Shown: positions 12,000 through 35,300 of the stretch, piece after piece
How positions within the stretch are numbered: the stretch's first letter is position 1
Layout of the letters: each line of letters begins with the position of its first letter
DNA from: Sminthopsis crassicaudata
Lineage: Eukaryota
Reading direction: 5' to 3'
Length of the DNA: 64,000 nucleotides
Assembly (NCBI RefSeq): GCF_048593235.1
Contig: NC_133617.1
Coordinates: 627,668,958-627,732,957, forward strand
Notes under the pieces: generated by a model
The model's input: the letters and a program-made list of their open reading frames with translations, nothing else
Database searches by the model: none
What the model was told of the DNA's origin: nothing
Translations under genes and position numbers: made by a program

Positions 12000-12410
12000 C
12001 TTTTTATTGTTTTTTTTTTTCTGGTTATACATGTATATTAATTTTTAAAATGCGCATTTCTTTGTGAATCATGTTGGGAAAAGAAAATTCAGAAAAATCA
12101 CAAGAGAAAAAAAGGGGGAAAAGTACATAGTAAAAAATGTGTTGTTGATTTACATTCAGGATCCATAGTTCTCTCTCTGGATGCAGATGGCGTTTTCCAC
12201 CCAAAGTTTACTGGAATTGCCTTGGATCATTGAGCCGCTAAGAAGAACTACATCTTTCACAGCTGATCATCACACATTCTTGCTGTTACCGGATACATGT
12301 ATTCCAGGTCCTATTTGTTTCATTCTGCATCAAATCATGTACATCTTTCTAGGCCTTTCTGAAATCAGCTTGTTCACCATTTTTTATAGAACAATAATAT
12401 TCCCATAATG
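12000..12410 (-). mobile_element. Marsupial LINE-1 3' UTR fragment
   Basis: T-rich start followed by sequence homologous to the other L1 3'-end copies in this window (24735-25210, 30340-30815, 41240-41885). Confidence 0.65.
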
Positions 12411-13021
12411 CATCTGTGGGCTTGGAAAATACTCTCACCTGTGCTAAGTGTACGCTTTACAATGGAAAATCATCATACAATATTTCAGAAATTTACCACA
12501 ATCGCCTCCTTCCCACATATGTAATCCAAAAGAAAAACCCGCGGGTATTATCCTTTACAATATGTCAACTGCAGGACGTTTAAATAAAATAGTGGATTAA
12601 AATCTTTGCTCTTCTTTGTGGGGAGAGAGACAGACACAGAAAGACTTATGCTCCTCTTGTAGATGAGGAAGCAGGTCCTGCCAGGATCCCAGAGCGTGGG
12701 CGTGTCTGAAGCTGCATATAACTCAGATTTTTCTGGCCTGAGAGCTCAGCACTTCGTCAAATCCCTTTTTTAGCGGGGATCCATTAAGGCTGCCTGGTAA
12801 GGAAATTGGCTCCGGAGATTAGGTTTAAGACAAGACCTCCAGGGCGCACTGTATTTAGGGTTGGGTGGAATTGCTTCTAGGCGCCCTGCCTCTGCTGGGC
12901 CCAAGTTATCCCAACATGAAGTGGGGTGCGAAGGAGACTAAGGTGAGAGGGCCAGGATAACCTCAGGAGGAGAAGGGATCGAGTTCACTTCTTGCACTAT
13001 TCTTGCACAATGTTAGCATTT

Positions 13022-13169
13022 AATTTTTTTTTTCCTGAGGCAATTGGGGTTAAGTGACTTGCCCAGGGTCACACAGCCAGGAAGTGTTAAGTGTCTGAGG
13101 TCGAATTTGAACTCAGGTCCTCCTGACTTCAGGGTTGGTGCGCTATCGACAGCGCCATCTAGCTCTCCC
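13022..13169 (-). mobile_element. WSINE1-like CORE-SINE at the edge of the CLN3 CpG island
   Basis: Full reverse-complement consensus with T tail; retains several CpGs. Confidence 0.85.
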
Positions 13170-13441
13170 TCTCCGTTAGGGTTTTAAAGGCAAACTACCG
13201 GAGGGACCATGACGCTAGTGCTGCCATCTTTGTTACTGGCAAACGTCAGCAGGATCTCCCAGACTTCAAGGAGCGAAGCGGCTTTGGAGCAGCGGCGAGA
13301 TTTACAGCGGGCCAGATTCCGCCGGTCCGGGACGACGGGATCTCGGATTCGGCGCGCCCTTCCCTTAGCACCTTAGTCTCGCCTCAGGTCCAGGGAGTAG
13401 CCGGAAGGGCAGGCCCACCTGACAGGAAGGGCCGCGTGAGG

Positions 13442-13451
13442 ATCACGTGAC
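13442..13451 (+). promoter_or_regulatory. CLEAR (TFEB/TFE3/MITF) element
   Basis: ATCACGTGAC is a 9/10 match to GTCACGTGAC, lying about 220 nt upstream of the ATG of a lysosomal gene. Confidence 0.65.
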
Positions 13452-13667
13452 TCCAAAACTGGTACCTGTTTGTCTCGCTCCTGGCTGCTCAGCCGGGCAA
13501 CTTGTTTGGGACTCCGGTGCCTTCTCTCCGCTGCCTCGGGGGAGGAGGAGAAGCGCGGAGGGTGGGGGCCCGCCGGACCTCCCCTCCGCCTCTCCCGAGT
13601 CTGATGAGGCCGCCGTGACCTCCAGCCTGGCCAGTGTTTGACAGCTCTGATCGCTGAGCCGCCCACC

Positions 13668-23290
<9,623 letters not shown>

Positions 23291-24734
23291 TGACCCATCT
23301 TGGAGCCTTTTCTATAGCCTGGGAACAGAATCAGCTAGAGGATCTATACTCTCCTGTGGCTTCTGTAGAACCTTCATCTGGAACTGGATGCAAGAGAGAC
23401 TTAACGAATGTGCTTCTTACAATGGGGCTAAGTGGATGGTTGAGGGTCCTGGAAAAATGTCCATGGAAAAATATGGATTTTCCATATAATTTGTCTTCTA
23501 CCTCTAAACTGAGTTTTCAACATCAGGCTGCCAGACAGGTGCTGAAATTTGACATTCATGACTTCCCATTAGCAACACATTTTATCAAATAACTCACTGT
23601 CCTGTTTCTGCCGAAGAAATGTGTATGAGGCATAACAAGGGTCAGCAGATAAATTTGGAAGTTAAAAGAGACATTTGAAGTTCTGAATATGCCCAACTAA
23701 GGGAAGCCAATGAGGATTATGCTGCCATCTAAAAGTTAATGTGGTTTGGGATGGGACTTTCACAGTAGGGGCTCAAAACAATCTTTCCTTCCCAATGAAT
23801 AGTATAAACTTATTTTTGTTTCATTACGGAGAAGGTATACAAGGTTCCTAAGTAATGTATGGCAATGGGCTATCAAACAACACTCATCTACCCCCAATTC
23901 CTCTCCCAGTTCTCTCTTTATTCTTCCTTCTCTACAATTAACACTACAGGAATAGTCCTATTGATGTGATTATTATACTTCCCTAATTAATAAGATGCAT
24001 TAAAGTGCCCATTAAAATGATCTAAGATGCCACTTTGGACTGTTTTGCCTTTGGGAAAACACCGTAGACACTTTTCAAAAAGTTTTTGTTTTTTCATAAA
24101 AATAGCTACATTTTATAACTTTTATTCCTATTATTGTCCCAAAGGAAGGATCTAAAAATCAGTCTTTAATTGCTTTTAATGTAATATTTGCGTTTGATTT
24201 TTTGTTAAGGATGGAGATTCCACTAATAGATCTTAAGATTTTTTAAGCTTCTCTAGACATATTTAGCTGTAGTTAAAAATGTTCACTCCCCATTGACCAG
24301 TCTTCTGTTAATGAATTTTTCTTACCTTAGCTCCATCTTCCAATTCCCACGTTGAATACTTGGTTTCTTATACTATGTTGAAACACATCCATATAATGTC
24401 TATACAACAAATTATGATCAAAGGAAGCACATTATGTTCTTATTCTTTATCCACAAACCTTACTTACATTGCAGTATTTACATTATTATAGATTGGAGAA
24501 GAAATTTTGATTAAATTGATATTCTTATACAAATTAGAAATTTTAAGCAGATAAAAGTCTCATATTTAACTGATACTTTCAGTGATTTTGTCCTGGCTAT
24601 AAAAAGTTCACCAGATATACCAATATTTCATGTTTTTATAATGATTTAAGATTTACAAAATTCTTTCCCCAGGTCCACCTTGCAATTTAACAAATTTATC
24701 ATAAAACAGAAGTTCTCCTCCCACCCCCACCCCC

Positions 24735-25210
24735 ACCCCCGTTATACATGTACATTCATTCTTTAAAACACATTTCCTTATGAATCATGTTAGAAGAGAA
24801 AAAACCAACAAAAAGTAAAAACCATGAGAGAAAAAGGGAGGAAATGAAGATAAAATGTGTTGATTTACATTCAGTTTCCATAGTTCTCTCTCTGCATGCA
24901 GATGGCATTTTCCATCCAAATTTATTGGGATAGTCTTGGATCACTGAACAGCTGAGAAGCGCCAAATTTTTCATAGTTAAGTCAATGCATAATCTTGCTG
25001 TTACTATGTACAATGTATTTCTGGTTCTTGTTTCGCCCAGTATCAGCAATCAGTAAATCCTTCCAGGTCTTTCTAATGTCAGCTTGTTCATCATTTTTTA
25101 TAGATCAATAACTCATATACTTAAATATAACTTATACAGCTATTCCCCAATTGATGGATATCTATTCATTTTCCAATTCTTTGCCGCTACAAAAAGTATT
25201 CTAAACCAAT
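24735..25210 (-). mobile_element. LINE-1 3' UTR fragment
   Basis: Homologous to 12000-12410 and 41240-41885. Confidence 0.6.
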
Positions 25211-26885
25211 TTTTAATCTTTCATTGTTCCTACTTAATCAGAGTAGAAAATGGCAAAATTTTATAGGGGAGGTTAGAGGTTAGGTCAATGGAGTGTTGTG
25301 GAAAGAGCACAGGGCTTGGCTGTTTCCTAGAGGTTACTTTAGGGCACTTATACATCCTTGTGTTTGTTTGCTCTTCTGTAAAATGAAGGGATTGGAAGAA
25401 GAGTATCTCTTCCAATAGATAGTTGGTAACTAGATCATATGATCATGTGAAATCTTTTGCAATACAATAAATTATGATAAAAGTTTGACTTTAGAATACA
25501 ACAGCATACTAATGATTCTAATAATAAGAATTTATTAAGCTTCTGCACTATGCTGGCCACTAGAGATCCAAAACAGAAATGAAGTAGCAAATGACATAGT
25601 TGGAGGCAGTATGGTAAAAATAAGGGTCTGGATTCAAATTCACCTATAACTTTAGGTAAGTCACTCTTCTGTTAAATGACAGAATATTTACAAATATTTA
25701 CTAAATAAATACAAGGTTATGAATTTTTTGAAGGGAGGTAGGTGATACATAAAGCAGCTTAAGAGAGGCTTCATCTATGAGGTGGCTTTTGAGTAGAGCT
25801 TTGAAGGGAATAAGCATAAGGCACCTACTGTGTGTCAAGATGTGGTAAGTGTTTTACAAATAGCCTCTGTAAGCCTTACATTGACACTGCTAAATAGGGG
25901 CTCTCAATTATGCCAATTTTTTTAGTTGATGAACTGAAGTTAACTTGTCCAGGATCATACAGCTATTAAGTATCTGAGGCCATATTTGAACCTGTATCTT
26001 TCTGACTCCAGATCTGAACTTTGAAATAAACTAGGAGCCGAAGAGTAGTGGTGTTCATTTCAATCAGGGTACAGCTACCTTCTGCAAAGGCAAGGAGACG
26101 GAAGATGGAATATTCTGTGATGTATAACAAGAAGGTTCTTTTAGCTAGACCAAAGAATATGTGACAGTTGGAAAGTAGGTTGGAGCTAGATTGTTAAGGA
26201 TTGTGTTTTTTCCTTGAAGTAATTTTTTCCTTTTAAGGGTCTTCCTTAAAGAGCCACTGGAAGTTATTGTGAGGGGATCGACATGGTCAGACTCTTGCTT
26301 CAGGAAAATCACTGACAGCTGTGTGAAGATTAGATTGGAAAGAGGAGAGAAAAGTCAGGAAATCCCCTGAAGAAGCTATTGCAATACTTGGGTAAGAGTC
26401 GATGAAAGGCCTCAAGGAACGATGGGATGAAGGGGGTGACTGTGAATAGAGAAAATAGGACACATCTGAGAGATAGTATGAAAAGAGAATTGACAAGATT
26501 TGACAGCTGGATGGATATTTTGGTCAAGTGTTAAAAGGAGAGGACAACAAAAGTTAGCAAGGATATCTTCATTACTAAAGCTAATGGCTTTGCCTCAATA
26601 CTCATCCTTCTTGACCTCTTGGCAGTCTTTGATAGAGATAATCCCAGATACACTCCCCTTACTATGTTTTATGACATTGCTATTTCCCTTTTCCTTACCT
26701 GTCTGACCTCTCTCTTTTGCTAGGTCTTCATTCAGGCCACTTTTATTCCAAGGGGTGTCCTCCAAAACTTGTCTTAGGACTTTTTCCCCTCTGTGCTATC
26801 TTGCTTAGTGATCTCATCAACTTTCAATCTGTTCCATTTCCATCTCTTTGAATGATTCTTAGATCTACTATAATCTGTGCATCTC

Positions 26886-27300
26886 TGTTGTGTCCTGCTT
26901 TCTAGAGCCCCCTAGTTGGGGGCGACAACATATATTGTTGCTTTCTAGAGTCCCCACACCAAGGGGAGTAAGATATGCCTTCCTACTGGAGAAGTTATGA
27001 GGTAGGACTCCTGAGGATGGTAGGAAAATGGAGTCTGTTTATTTCCTTTTTATAATGTAACAAAAAACAACACTATGCTCTCTGGAGCATATACACAACT
27101 TGCTATTGTATGTAGATTGTCACCTGGTATCATTCAGCTTCAATCTCTACACAGGTTGTAACCACCCCCTGACTTCTCAGGAAGGCCGAGAGTCCTTAGG
27201 GGAGGTGGGGAGCTGAACCAGACATTGTTAGCAGGTTCCCTCTGGGCTGAAGGGTCTTATATCTTATTCAGAGTTTCCCCACTGACTCTGGCCCTCTACA
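26886..27300 (-). mobile_element. Solo ERV LTR, 415 bp, inserted in an L2-like remnant
   Basis: TG...CA termini; exact 6-bp TSD CATCTC (26880-26885 and 27301-27306); minus-strand TATA-like TATATG at about 27090 and AATAAA at 27043-27038. Confidence 0.8.
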
Positions 27301-28130
27301 CATCTCAAATATTGATGACAACTTTCTCAATTTCAACATGTTCAAAATGGAATTCAGCTTTCCCCCAAATTCACTCTTCTTCTCAGTTGTTACCATCAAG
27401 GATACCATCAATTACCCAGACTCACAACTTGTGTTTTCTTTTATGCCTTAGACTAATCTCACATCCCATTTGCCAATCTTGTCATTTCTACTTCACAACA
27501 TTTCTCAAATACATCTTCTTATCTCTACTCACACTTAACTTTCTGCAGTAGCATTGGTGATCTTGGTCTCCCAGGCCAATCTATTCTCCACCCAGCCAAT
27601 AAAATGATTTTTCTAAAGTGTAGGTGTTGGGGAAGTTAAATGTTTCAAATCTGGCCTCAGACACTTAACATTTCCTAGCTATGTGATCCTGGGCAAGTCA
27701 CTTAACCCCAATTACCTCAGGGAAAAAAACACAAAACAAACAAAAAAACCCACTTTTTTGATATATGGTATATTTTTTATGGTATATATTTTATTGGGAA
27801 ATGTTACAAAGGTGAAATTGGAAGCACTTGCTAACAGCTTGTGTATAAAGGATGAGAGAAAGTGAGGAATTCTGGATGACTCCTGGGTTGTGAACTTGAG
27901 AGATTGGTGTGGTGAGAACAGGGAAAATGGGAGAGGGGGACTTGGGGAAAAGAATGAAGATTTTGGGATATATTGAATTTAAGATATCTGAAAGATTGGA
28001 AATCAGCAGAAGAGTTTGGGTCAGAATAAGTAAATTTGAAAAACATCAGCATAGGTGTGGTAATTAAATCCATGGGAGCCGCTGATCTCAAATGAAGAAG
28101 AGTGTGGGGAGAGAGGTTTGAAACAGCTGC
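27301..28130. mobile_element. Degenerate L2-like fragments with an embedded SINE (27643-27745, +)
   Basis: CATCTCAAA...CAACATGTTCAAAATGGAATTC and its reverse-complement-type segments are typical L2 3' text; the SINE matches the consensus. Confidence 0.5.
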
Positions 28131-28419
28131 TGTTTAAGACCTAAAGAAATTAGGAAGTACTACCTTCCAGTAATACCCTTTATCTGCCTTAATTTTCTCA
28201 AATCCACAAACAATTAGTAAATGCCTACTACGAATTCAATCTCTCACGGTTGTTGTAAGGATAAAAATTTGTAAAAATAAGGATAAAATTTTAAAATTGT
28301 ATCAAAGGATAAAATACTTGTAGAGCGTTCTGCAAAATTTAAAGCGCTGGGAGATTGTTCGAGATTGAATTTTAAGCTTCCTCTCATCTCAGTTTGTAAT
28401 AAACTACAGTATAGTCTAC

Positions 28420-29330
28420 CCAGCCCGGAGCTCTCCGCCCAGACTCTAGGGCTCATCTTTCCCGGCGGCCGTGCGCCGGAAGTCCGAGGCCTAGAGGAAG
28501 TGACGTCAGGCACCCTTGCCTAGTCTTTCATCATTCGTTTCTGCGCGATTTCCCTCCTGCCCTCGATCAGGTAAGAGACGCTTGTTGCCGCGTGCTCCCG
28601 GCGTCCAGGCCTGGATAGGCGACCGAAGCGGAGCGGTTCTCGCGGGGACCTCCCTCAGAGCCTCACGTGCCCCTTGTCTTCGCGAAGGGTAGTGGAGGGC
28701 GCCCTCCTGACCGATCCTGCTCTCTCTCGTCTCCAGGCCCCAGCCCAAGACCCGCCCGGTCGGTCGCGTCCGCAGCGCCCGCCGCCATGTCGCGGTTTTT
28801 CACCACCGGCTCGGACAGCGAGTCCGAGTCCTCTTTGTCCGGGGAAGAATTGGCACCCAAGCCCGTGGGAGGCAACTACGGCAAACAGTGAGCGGGTCTC
28901 CGGGGGGGGGGGGGGCGGCGGGGGGGAGGGGGGAGTGCTTTGGAAAGAGCAGCGAGGACGTGGGAGATACACTTTAGGGGCGAGTGTCCCAGGAAGAAAG
29001 GGGGGGAGGGGGATATGTCTTAGGGAGAGCAGGGCGAGGTGCCCTGAGAATAACGGCGGGGGAGAGGCCAGTGCTTGGGAAGAGCATTGCGGGGAAGTGA
29101 GCCCTAGAAGAGCGGCCCTCCGCTCTGCCGCTCCTCCGGTCAGCCTGGCTACTAGCTCCCTTTTGGGAGAGAAATCGGATTTTGTGGAGTTTTGGCTTCG
29201 AGGAGGGCCCAGGTGGCTCTGCAGCCCTAATTCCTCCTTCCGTAGAGGAAGGAACTGTCAGCGGACTTACTCTTTCTTGGCCATACCAGGCATGGCAGTT
29301 TCCGGTGGCACCCCGCTCTTCTGACTCCCA
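28420..29330. promoter_or_regulatory. CpG island / EIF3C promoter and non-coding exon 1
   Basis: ETS site CCGGAAGT (28476-28483), ETS-CRE composite GGAAGTGACGTCA (28496-28508), pyrimidine-rich 5' exon ending CAG|GTAAGA at 28570. Confidence 0.8.
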
Positions 29331-32300
29331 AATCCACTGTCCATCCACGGAGGGGAGGGAGCAAGACCTCTTTATTCCTCTTCTAGCCACTTCCACTTAG
29401 GGGGGCTGTAAGGAAAGTGTGAAACGAAGTGTTAATGCAAACACTAGTTAGTCCCACGACTGTATACAACAGCGAATGCTACTATAAGTTAGTGATGGGA
29501 AAATCCATTAACAAGCTGTGGGCACTCGGAGATACAAAGGTAAGGGAAAAGGGCCCTTACCTCAAGTAGCTTGTCTTTTGGAGGAAACTATATACACAGA
29601 TAAGTAGCTTAAAACAAGTTCAGAAGTAGGAGAAGCATTCATTATGGAAAGGTCTCATGTGGGAGGGAGCCTTTGAGCTCATCTTTAACTAGAGTTAGAG
29701 ATGACTAGATACTAAAGTCAGGTGATAGGGCTTTCCCGAGGAAAAAGCCTATAAAAAACCACAGGCACAGGAGCCAGTGTCATATAAGGGTGCAGCAAGT
29801 GTAAGGAGTATAAGAGTAAGGGGGAGCAATATATCTCAAGTCTGAAAAGTTGTCAGATGATGCAAAGGCTTTAGATACCAGAGAAATTTAAAGTAGATTT
29901 TAGTTACTAGGGAACAATGATAGCTTCTTGAATAGGAAAGTGACATGGTGAAATCTACTTTTAAGACTTGTCAGGCAACTGTATAGAAGATTGGTTGAGG
30001 AGAGGAGGCATGCTGGGTCTAGGAAAACCAATCAGAAGGCTGACAGATTGTGTGAAGTGAAAAGGACTGGAGTGGTTACAATGGTTGTGTGTATGTGTGT
30101 GTGTGTTTGTGTGTGATATATTAGGATAATTCTTGGTGATTATAGAATGGGCCTTATTTGGCAATTGAAGGATGAATATGAGGAATTGTTTGAGTTGTGA
30201 ACCAGAAGGTCATGTGTAGATTTAGAGGTAAAGGACATCATAAAAAAATCTAGGCCAACTCCTTTGTTTTTACAGATGGGGAAACGACTCAGGGAAATTA
30301 AATGGCTCCTTGTCATGTCATATAGTCATCAGTTGTGAGATTTGTAAAACTTTTGTGTTCTAAATTTTTCTGTCTCCCTACCTTACCCCTCCTCTTCAAA
30401 GCAGGATGAAATCTGTTATGGGTTAAATATCTGCAATCCTTTTAAACATTTCTATATTTGTCATGTACGAGAAAAAAATCAGATCAATAAGGGAAAGAAA
30501 AAAACACAAGGAAAAAAAGGTGAAAATACTGCAACATTACTAATACATTCAGTCTCCATAGTTCTTTCTGTGGATGTGAGATTGGTATTTTCTATCCCAA
30601 ATCTGTTGGAGTTACCTTGAATTGCCTCATTGTTGAAAAAAGCCAAGTCCATCACCATTGAACATCCCATTATCTTGTTAGTGTGTACAGTGTTCTCTTG
30701 GTTCTGCTCATTTCACTCTGCATCAGTTCCTATAAGTCCAGACTTCTCTGAAATCAGTCACTTCCTAATTTCTAATAGAACAATTATATTCCATTACATC
30801 CACATACCATAACTTATTCACCTTCATGTCTAAATCATGAACAGTGGTGATTTGAATCTAGGTCATTCAACTCCATAACAGTGATTTTTTTTTTTTTTTT
30901 TTTTTTTTCACCTATTCTGGGTGTTGCTATGTTGGATAGAAATAAAGAAGTTAAAAAGTGGATTAAATTCAAAGCCACAGGACAGGAAAAATATCCAAGG
31001 AGAGAATTGCATTGGAGCAGGGAGGAGTTTAATTGTCAGAGAAAGAAAATCTGTAAAGGACGAGGAAGAGCCAGAAGACTGTTTTGGTTGAACTATATTT
31101 TATGAAAGTTAATAGAGTAGAGTGACATAGGGCTTGAAAAGGGTAGGTTAATGACAAATTTTGGAAGGCCTTAATTGCTAAGGCCAGGGAGTTTGTATTT
31201 TATCTTGAACTGTCCTTATTCCTCACTTCATGACTGGCTGTATTTGCAGTGTGACTCCTGGATGCTCTGCCTCTTCACCTCTGGCTTCAAGTTTCAATTC
31301 AAATCCTTCTGAATTGTGTTTTGTGGAGAAGTTGGAGATCTTTTTCCACTTCTTACCTCTGAGATTAGCTTTTATTTACACTGTAAATATCTTTATTGCA
31401 CATGGTTATTTGTATGTCCTCTGTGATTATGAGCTTCTTAAGGGCAGGGAGTTTTTGCTTATGTATTTCCCGCACATAGTACACATCTAGTATAAAGTAA
31501 GTGTCTAATTTATGTTGACTGACCCACACATCCCCAAGAATTCTGCCTTTCCCAAGTTTATGTTTGAATTGGAAGGGATCTTAGAGGTTGAAGTGAAATT
31601 GTATATAATAGAATGCTAGACTTGGAGAGAAGATGACACCAGGGTTGTCAATTTTAGTGACAGGATGATGGTGGTTCATAGGAAAACTAGAAGAGGAGAG
31701 GTTTGGAGAGAAAGAAAACACATGGATTCTATATGGATGGGATGTTAATGTCTGACTAGCGAGGGAGAGAAATTAAGACCGGATTTTTTTATTTGGATCA
31801 TTTTATAGAGAAAACAATGGAACTCCTCATAGGAGCTTAGTAAGATAGTATAGCTAGAAAAGAAAGAAGGACCCAGTGTAGAGCCTTAAGGGATACCCAC
31901 TGTTAGTTTGACATGTTCTGGAAGATGATCTAGTTAGAAGACTAAAAGGGAAGTTAAAGTTGACTTCCTATTTTAGGGTTATTGCTTTAGTCTGCTAAGT
32001 GAGTTTCCCTGCTGTCATTTTTTTCCCCTCTAATTTCTTCTGCATATACTATCAGATTGAAAGATCGATGTTAACCTTATGGTTAAAATCCTTCAATGAT
32101 TTCCCACTATTTACTGTCCAAACTTTAGCTTGTCATTCATATTCATATGTTATCTGACCCCAAACTATCTTTCCTCCCTTATTTCACATTCTTCCCTTTT
32201 ATATCCTCTTAAGCAGTAGTCCTCAAACTTTTTAAATAGAGGGCCAGTTCACTGTCCCTCAGACTGTTGGAGGGCAGGACTATAAAAACAAAACTCACAC

Positions 32301-35300
32301 TCTGTCTCCGCCCCTCAGCCCATTTGCCATAACCCTGTGGGCCACATAAATGTCCTCAGCAGGCTGCATCTGGCCCACTGGCCGTAGTTTGAGAACCCTT
32401 GTTCTTAAGCTTCAGCTAGTCCACACTACCCATTCCCTTCTATATGGGGATATGTTGTTCTTATCATAACTGCCTATAGAAATCCAAAGAATTCTCCAAG
32501 GTAACCAGCTTCAAAATGGGGATGAGGACAATATCTTACCCATCTTTGTGTGCTCCAGGATACCTAGAACTGGCTTTTTGCATATTGTGGACCTGATTCT
32601 TTCTTTTTTTTTTTTTTAAATAGCTTTTTATTTACCAGATATATGCATGGGTAATTTTTCAGCATTGACAATTGCCAAGCCTTTTGTTCCAACTTTTTCC
32701 CTCTTTCCCCTCCACCCCTTTCCCAAGATGGCAGGTTGACCAATACGTGTTAAATATGTTAAAGTATTAGTTAAATACAATATATGTATGCATTTCCAAA
32801 CAGTTACTTTGCTGTACAAAAAGAATCAGGTTTTGAAATAGTGTACAATTAGCCTGTGAAGGAAATAAAAAATGCAGGCAGACAAAAATAGAAGGATTGG
32901 GAATTCTATGTAGTGGTTCATAGTCATCTCCCAGAGTTCTTTCTCTGGGTGTAGCTGGTTCAGTTCATTACTGCTCTATTGGAACTGATTTGGTTCATCT
33001 CAATATTGAAGATGGCCACATCTATCAGAATTGATCATCATATAGTATTGTTGTTGAAGTATATAATGATCTCTTGGTCCTGCTCATTTCACTCAGCATC
33101 AGTTCATGTAAGTCTCTCCAGGCTTTTCTTAAATTATCCTGCTGGTCATTTCTTACAGATTAATAATATTCCATAATATTCATATTCCACGATTTATTCA
33201 GCTATTCTCCAATTGATAGGTATCCACTCGGTTTCCAGATTTTGGCCACTACAAAAAGGGCTGGCACAAACATTCTTGCACATACAGGGTGAACCTGATT
33301 CTTTGGAGGAGTGGGGAGGGAGAGGTGTTTTAGAAGAAGTGATTCATGTAATAGCATATAATTCAATTTTTTCTTTCTATACCAATCAGAAGAAATGATG
33401 GGGGTTTTCAAGACTTCTTTGAGCAGAGTCATTTATGATCACTTTCTCTCCACAGGCCATTGTTGCTGAGTGAAGATGAGGAGGATACCAAGCGGGTTGT
33501 TCGAAGTGCCAAGGACAAAAGGTGAATCTGGGGTTAAGGATGGGATCCTAAAGGTGAAGAAGTCAAAGGAGTTTTTTTCTGTAGGTAGTAGTTGGAGAGG
33601 ATGGAGGACATTTGATTTTTCTGATCAGGGTTTGAAAGGGAATGGTTTAAGAGCTTGTCTTTGATGTGAGCCTTCCTTCCCATCAGGTTTGAAGAGCTGA
33701 CCAACCTTATCCGAACCATCCGGAATGCCATGAAAATCCGGGATGTCACTAAATGTCTTGAGGAATTTGAACTCCTGGGAAAGGCATTTGGAAAAGCCAA
33801 GAGCATTGTGGACAAAGAAGGTGTTCCCCGATTCTATATTCGCATCCTGGCTGATCTGGAGGACTATCTGAATGAGGTTTGAGGCTACAGTGGGGATTTT
33901 AGTGGGACAGAAGAGACTTAAGAATTCAGTGCTGTTTCTGTCCTGGGACTTGGATTGGGAAAGCATCTCATCCTCACTGTCTTGCCTTGTTTCACATTTT
34001 TACTTTTCTGGTCCCTTAGCTATGGGAAGACAAGGAGGGAAAGAAAAAAATGAACAAGAACAATGCAAAGGCTTTGAGCACCTTGCGTCAGAAGATCCGT
34101 AAATATAATCGGGATTATGAAGCCCAGATCACCAGTTATAAGCAGGTCGGGAAAATTGCATCGCACTGCAGTATTCTGTACTTGTTTCATTCATTGAGCA
34201 TTTTGTTAAGTGGCTATTATGCCAATATTGTGCTAGGTTTTGGATTAGACCAAATGACTAGAAAGCTGGAGTATGACCAGTTTGGGGGGATGGGATGGAG
34301 CCAGATATTTTCAGGGAGTGGTAGCATCCCTCACTCCTGCCATTCTCCTCTTCCAGAACCCTGAGCAGTCTGCAGATGAGGATGCTGAGAAAAATGAGGA
34401 GGATTCAGAAGGTATGAGTGAAGTACTGATTGGAAAGAAAGAAGACAGAAGTTGGGAAGATGTTTTCTTTCTGTGGTTTCTTTGTTCTTTGACCTTGTTG
34501 CTACTTGTTTAACTTCACTTGGACTTCCTTTCCAGGTTCTTCCTCTTCAGATGATGATGAGGATGGTCTTAGTGCCACAAGTTTCCTCAAGAAGAAGTCT
34601 GAGGCACCATCTGGGGAAAGTCGCAAATTCCTCAAGAAGATGGAGGTGAGATCTGGGGAGGAAAGATGGGGACTGGGGAAGTCTGCCTGCTTTAGGTCAG
34701 AGTTAGTTCCATGGAGAAGCCTTATAAAATTTGATTCCACATACTGGAAACTACATGAAAATTTCAGCAATATCCCTTCCACCTTCAAACTGCTTAATGG
34801 GTTTTGGCCATCTCCTGCTATTCGTTCATTAAGGATGAAGATGAGGACTCTGAGGATTCAGATGATGATGAAGATTGGGGTTCAGATTCTACTTCCTCAG
34901 ATTCTGATTCCGAGGAAGATGATGGGAAATATACGTTGTTGGCTTCCAAATTCCTTAAAAAGTGAGTAAAGCAAGGGAAGTTGTAGAGCTAATTTAGATT
35001 AATTTTAAGATTGACTACTCCAGTTATGGAACTCTATATCATTATACATATATGTTCTTGTGCACTTTGACTGTAGCAGGAGGATGACCTAGTAGTTCTT
35101 ATATACTTTGGTTAGATACAATGGCATTATGGCATCCCACAGTAGTGTTATAAGTGGATGGCTAAATTGCAAACATCTAGCATTGTATGATGACTTGACC
35201 ATGTTATTTTGAAAGATTGTGTTCCTGGGCACTTGTGTGGGGCATATCTGTTAGTAATCCAGATCCTGGATTTTGTGGTTGATGGTGAGCCATAGATTCT

